DNA of 64,000 nt, from assembly GCA_963841435.1 (NCBI GenBank), contig CAWJCS010000002.1, forward strand, positions 640,001 through 704,000, read 5' to 3'. Source of the stretch: an uncultured delta proteobacterium (GTDB taxonomy: Bacteria; Myxococcota_A; Polyangia; Polyangiales; Polyangiaceae). Position 1 is the stretch's first letter. Every line of letters begins with the position of its first letter. Under the pieces are notes generated by a model. It had not been told where the DNA came from. It saw only the letters and a program-made list of their open reading frames with translations, and made no database searches. Of the stretch, positions 60,230-64,000 are shown in pieces. A program made the position numbers and the translations under genes.

Positions 60230-60703
60230 ATGAGGTTCGGGCACGCTCGAAAGCTGGCGCTCCTCGGTGCGCTTTTCGGCTCGGTCGCCTGCGGCAGCAA
60301 GGGCAACGTGGCACTGATCGGCCGCATCGACAAGCCGAGCCTCGCGGTCAACCGGTCGGCGGTCGGCGCCGACGTGACGGGCGGCTTCGATCTCGTGCTC
60401 GAGCTCGGTGAGCTCGCGAGCGACGCCACGAGCGTATCGCTCGGCGCCTTCTCGATCGAGCGCTCCGGCTCTGAGCTCCTCTCGCCCCTCTCGCTCGCGG
60501 GCACGACCTTTCCCGTGCTCGTCGGCGTCGGCGAGACGAAGACGATTCACCTCACGCTGTCGCAGACGCCGGACCTCGACGTTGCCGACAAGCTGTGCGA
60601 GGCCGACGTTTCGTTTCGCGGCTCGGTGACGGACACGCTCGTCGAGAACCGACCGACGACGCTTCTGAGCAGCGCGTTCACGCCGAGCTGCCCGGCGCCC
60701 TAG
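60230..60703 (+). CDS. hypothetical lipoprotein
   Basis: MRFGHARKLALLGALFGSVAC lipobox, beta-rich. Confidence 0.72.
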   Translation: MRFGHARKLALLGALFGSVACGSKGNVALIGRIDKPSLAVNRSAVGADVTGGFDLVLELGELASDATSVSLGAFSIERSGSELLSPLSLAGTTFPVLVGVGETKTIHLTLSQTPDLDVADKLCEADVSFRGSVTDTLVENRPTTLLSSAFTPSCPAP

Positions 60704-60715
60704 CCTCGCGGCTCG

Positions 60716-62188
60716 TCAGAGACCAAGCGCTGCGATCGGGCCGCTGCACTTCGTGAGCAGCGCCTCGACTTCGCTCGCAGGGTCGAGCGTGTACTGGTAA
60801 AAGTCACTCGGATCGAAGAACGAGTACGTCGTGCCCGACGATTCGCGCTGGCCGGTCGTGCTCCGGTAGACGTTACCCGTCGCGACGAGCGTTCCCGTGT
60901 CGTAGTAGTGCGGGTCCTTGACCTGATCGAAGACACTGTTCTCGAGCACCATGTTGGTGCCTCCGCGCGCGTAGTTGCCGTAGGAAGCGATGCGAAGCAG
61001 CCAGTTATTGTAGAGGTGCGCGCGGAGCACGTTGTCGGTGCTCGGGTTTCGCTGGTTCAGGTCCCGAAAGACATTGTGGTGGATCGTCATCTGGGCCGTC
61101 ACGTTGTCGGTCCAGCCGATGCCGAATGCCTTGTTGTGGTCGCTGAGGACGTTCCACGAAACGGTGAGGTAGGTCGTGTCCTTGCGGCTGTCGATGATGC
61201 CGTCGCCGATGTGATGGAAGTGGCAGTGGTCGATCCAGACGTGGTGCGCCGTGTCCATCTGCACGCCATCGAAGTCCTGGGTCTTGCCCTCCCAGTCACC
61301 GTCCACGTAGGTGCCGCCGATCGTGAGGTTCCGGATGATGACGTTGTGGACTCCGTCGGCGAGGAAGAAGCCGCCCTGGACGATCTCACCCGCCGTGCCG
61401 ACACCGAGGATGGTCTTGTTCGACGCGACGCGGATCTCCGTGCCTTTCGGCGAGATCATCACGGGCCCCTGCACGCGGATCGTGTAGGGCTCCGTCGCCG
61501 TCGCGTAGCGATCGAGATCGGCTTGGTTGCTCACGGTCACGGTCTGGCCGTCGCGCCCGCCGTACGTGCCGTTCTGGCCGTCGGCGTTCAGCGTCGCGAA
61601 GCCTTCGAGCGTCAGCGGGCAGCCGCTCGCGCCACTCATGCCCGCCGTTCCCGCCGTTCCGCTCGCCCCAGCTCCGCTGCCGGCGGCCCCGCCCGCTCCC
61701 GACGCCCCGCTCGCGCCGCCGGCGCCCGCACTGCCGGCCGCCCCGCTCGCTGCGACGGCCCCGCTTGCTCCCGCTTCGGCGCCGCCGGCTCCACTGGCCC
61801 CGCCCGCGCCGCCGACCCCGCCGGCTCCACTGGCCCCGCCCGCGCCGCCGACCCCGCCTTCGCCGCTCGTTGCGCCGGCTCCGGCGCTGCCCGCGCTTCC
61901 CCCGGTCGCGGGCATGGCACCGCTCGCGCCAGCGCTCCCGGAGCTTCCCGCCGCGCCGGCGCCGCCTCCCGTCGCCGGTGCGCCGCCGGGGCTCGCGCCG
62001 CCGAGACCGCCCCGTCCCGCCGTTGCGTTGCCCGCCGACCCGCCGAGCGCGGTCCCGCCCGAGCTCGGCGTGCCACCGGTTCCGGCGCCGTCCGAGCGCG
62101 AGGATTCGGTGTCCGCGGAGCAGGCGACGGCCACGCCGAGGCCGCAGAGCGAGATTGCGAGCGCGCAGAATCTTGTTGAATCGTTCAT
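60716..62188 (-). CDS. pectate lyase (PL1) lipoprotein with long Gly/Ala/Ser linker
   Basis: VAC lipobox; GTYGG, VASNKTILG, NVIIRNL, HVWIDHC, TIHHN..QRNP. Confidence 0.92.
   Translation of the reverse strand: MNDSTRFCALAISLCGLGVAVACSADTESSRSDGAGTGGTPSSGGTALGGSAGNATAGRGGLGGASPGGAPATGGGAGAAGSSGSAGASGAMPATGGSAGSAGAGATSGEGGVGGAGGASGAGGVGGAGGASGAGGAEAGASGAVAASGAAGSAGAGGASGASGAGGAAGSGAGASGTAGTAGMSGASGCPLTLEGFATLNADGQNGTYGGRDGQTVTVSNQADLDRYATATEPYTIRVQGPVMISPKGTEIRVASNKTILGVGTAGEIVQGGFFLADGVHNVIIRNLTIGGTYVDGDWEGKTQDFDGVQMDTAHHVWIDHCHFHHIGDGIIDSRKDTTYLTVSWNVLSDHNKAFGIGWTDNVTAQMTIHHNVFRDLNQRNPSTDNVLRAHLYNNWLLRIASYGNYARGGTNMVLENSVFDQVKDPHYYDTGTLVATGNVYRSTTGQRESSGTTYSFFDPSDFYQYTLDPASEVEALLTKCSGPIAALGL
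61782..61858. repeat. perfect 36-bp tandem duplication in the linker
   Basis: CCGCCGGCTCCACTGGCCCCGCCCGCGCCGCCGACC x2 (plus 5 nt), encoding GGVGGAGGASGA twice. Confidence 0.9.
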
Positions 62189-62195
62189 GGGTTCC

Positions 62196-64000
62196 TCAAC
62201 AGCCGCTCACGAAGAAGACGGCCTCCTTGCTCATCCTGGTTCCGGCACCGTCGCGAACGCCGAGCGAGACCGAGCCGAAGCCACAGCCCGAGGGCGTGAA
62301 CGTCGCCGTCTGCCCCGATACGTTCACGGTGCCTCCGACGGCCCCGGTTGCGGAGTAAGTCGGGCTGCTGACGAAGCCTGCAAACAGCTTTTTCAGATCG
62401 ATGGTGACCGGGGTGCCCATCGTCGCGAGAAAATGGGGCTTGGACAGCCAGTCGAGGTATTCGTCCAGGTTCGTGAAGCCGTCCCCGTCCGGATCGGCGT
62501 TCGCGTCTGAAAAATCGGACGCGGGCGAGGCCGGATTCGTGCCCTTCGCCGTCTCCCAGAAGTCGGGCAGCCCGTCGCCGTCGGTGTCGAAGCCCGCCTC
62601 GCGATTGGTCGTCGGGTAGCTCTCGTAGCCTCCCACGTCCTTTTCGTTGTCGGGTAGCCCCGGTTTTCCGGACACGCTGCCCTTGTAGGTCGTCGTGCCG
62701 TTCAGCGTTTCGTTCACGATGCGCACGTCGTGATCGTCGAAGACGGGCTCGGTACAGCCCACGTCGGAAAGCACCGACTTGAAGGCGTTTCCCGCGGTTT
62801 CGAGCGCGGCGTACGAGGGGAAGAAGGAGCTCGAGACCCACGGGCTGTAGCCTTGCGGCGTTCCCGCGTACGTCCGGCCCGTCAACTGACTATTTTCGTC
62901 GAAGTAGCCCGGCATGACGTTGCCGGAGAAGAAGTATTGTTGGGTGCCGGGGAAGTTGTCGTACTGGGCGTTGAGCGCCACGAAGATCGAAGTGGCGGCG
63001 CCAGGGCGGTAGTAGTTGTTGACGAAGTTGACTTCGTGCGCCCCGCCGTCCGTCGAACGGCCGCCCCAGTTGTAAACGACGTTGTCGAAGATATCGAGGC
63101 GCCCCGAGTAGTCCCCGTTGCCGTCGAGCCCGCCCGCGAGGCTCCAATTGCGCCCTTCGCAATGCGCGAGCAGATTGTGGTGGAACGAGCCGGTATCGCC
63201 GCTGATGCTCGCGGCGTAGCCGTGCGCGGTTCCTGCTGGGTAGTTCTGGTGGCCAGCGATGTTCAGTGCCTCGGAGATGAGCGTCCGCTGGAGCGTGATG
63301 TTGTGGGCGTTTCTCGAGCTGAACGCTTCGTCGATCGTCCAACTGATCGAGCAGTGATCGATGATGGCGTGATCGCTGCCCGCCATGCCCATCCCATCGA
63401 ACGTGGGGCCGCCGCCGAGGCGCACGCGAAGGTGGCGGATGACCGAATCCACCGAGCCGCTCGTCCCGAACGGAGCGCTGCGAATGACGATCCCCTTGCC
63501 GGGCGCCGTTTGGCCCGCGACGGTCACGTACTTGCTCGACAGCGTCAGGCGCGAGCCGAGCGCGATGATCCCGCCCACGTCGAAGACGACGGTGCGCGGA
63601 CCGATGTCGTGCTCGATCGCTTCGCGTAGGCTGCCCGGCCCCGAGTCGTCGAGGTTCGTCACGTGGACGACCGCGCCCCCGCGCCCTCCACGAGCAAAGC
63701 GCCCGTAGCCCTCGGCACCCGGGAACGCGAGCTGTCGCGGACGGAAGTACCAGACGTTCCCCTTGGTCACGACGCCGCCGCCGCCGACCTCGTCGATTCG
63801 CCAGAAGTACGTCTTCATGCTGTAGAGCCCGGAAGCCGGAAAGCTCGTCGTGCTCTGGTTCCCCCGGAAAGCGGAGGACCCGTGGTCGGCGAAGAACACG
63901 GTCGGAAGGTCCTCGCCGAAGAAGACGTCGTGCGAAACGGCGTCCTTCGCGGCGGTAAAGCTCAAAACGAGGTTCCCGTCGTCGGCGTCAACGTGCTCGT
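62196..64000 (-). CDS. PL1-family pectate lyase, multidomain (5'-partial)
   Basis: AFPGAEGYG..ARGGRGG, VTNLDDSGPGSLR, AGQTAPG, IIDHCSISWTIDE, DTDGDGLPDFWE, DGDGFTNLDEYL; frame is open to the window edge. Confidence 0.92.
   Translation of the reverse strand, partial: EHVDADDGNLVLSFTAAKDAVSHDVFFGEDLPTVFFADHGSSAFRGNQSTTSFPASGLYSMKTYFWRIDEVGGGGVVTKGNVWYFRPRQLAFPGAEGYGRFARGGRGGAVVHVTNLDDSGPGSLREAIEHDIGPRTVVFDVGGIIALGSRLTLSSKYVTVAGQTAPGKGIVIRSAPFGTSGSVDSVIRHLRVRLGGGPTFDGMGMAGSDHAIIDHCSISWTIDEAFSSRNAHNITLQRTLISEALNIAGHQNYPAGTAHGYAASISGDTGSFHHNLLAHCEGRNWSLAGGLDGNGDYSGRLDIFDNVVYNWGGRSTDGGAHEVNFVNNYYRPGAATSIFVALNAQYDNFPGTQQYFFSGNVMPGYFDENSQLTGRTYAGTPQGYSPWVSSSFFPSYAALETAGNAFKSVLSDVGCTEPVFDDHDVRIVNETLNGTTTYKGSVSGKPGLPDNEKDVGGYESYPTTNREAGFDTDGDGLPDFWETAKGTNPASPASDFSDANADPDGDGFTNLDEYLDWLSKPHFLATMGTPVTIDLKKLFAGFVSSPTYSATGAVGGTVNVSGQTATFTPSGCGFGSVSLGVRDGAGTRMSKEAVFFVSGC

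Overview
High-GC (roughly 70% by eye) chromosomal segment that looks myxobacterial (Polyangiaceae/Sorangium-like). The assignment is inferred from Gly/Ser-linker lipoproteins, GYF/zinc-ribbon/FHA proteins, an OmpA-TSP3 protein and a split ATP synthase operon. About 55 CDSs are supported. Housekeeping genes: atpF'-F-H-A-G, folK, a ClpA/C-type ATPase, an NtrC-type regulator, ruvA, dsbD, glgC/glgA, a divergent glmS, an M1 aminopeptidase, recD2, a MacAB-like ABC exporter and tyrS. There are also two PL1 pectate lyases and many uncharacterised lipoproteins. No rRNA, tRNA, CRISPR array or mobile element was recognised. The best candidate for an under-described system is a six-gene operon (28232-34416, minus strand) behind a Fur box overlapping a sigma70 promoter: putative outer-membrane protein, monohaem cytochrome c lipoprotein, imelysin/IrpA, di-haem DHOR, second imelysin, and an HTTM protein that keeps the catalytic motifs of vitamin K-dependent gamma-glutamyl carboxylase. 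Three genes carry +1 frameshifts in the same CTCGA(A) context, most likely a motif-linked sequencing error. Several enzymes have non-canonical catalytic motifs (TyrRS TVGN, Nudix RELKHR, GlmS C-terminal tail, J-domain without HPD). All family calls are by motif recognition, not database search.
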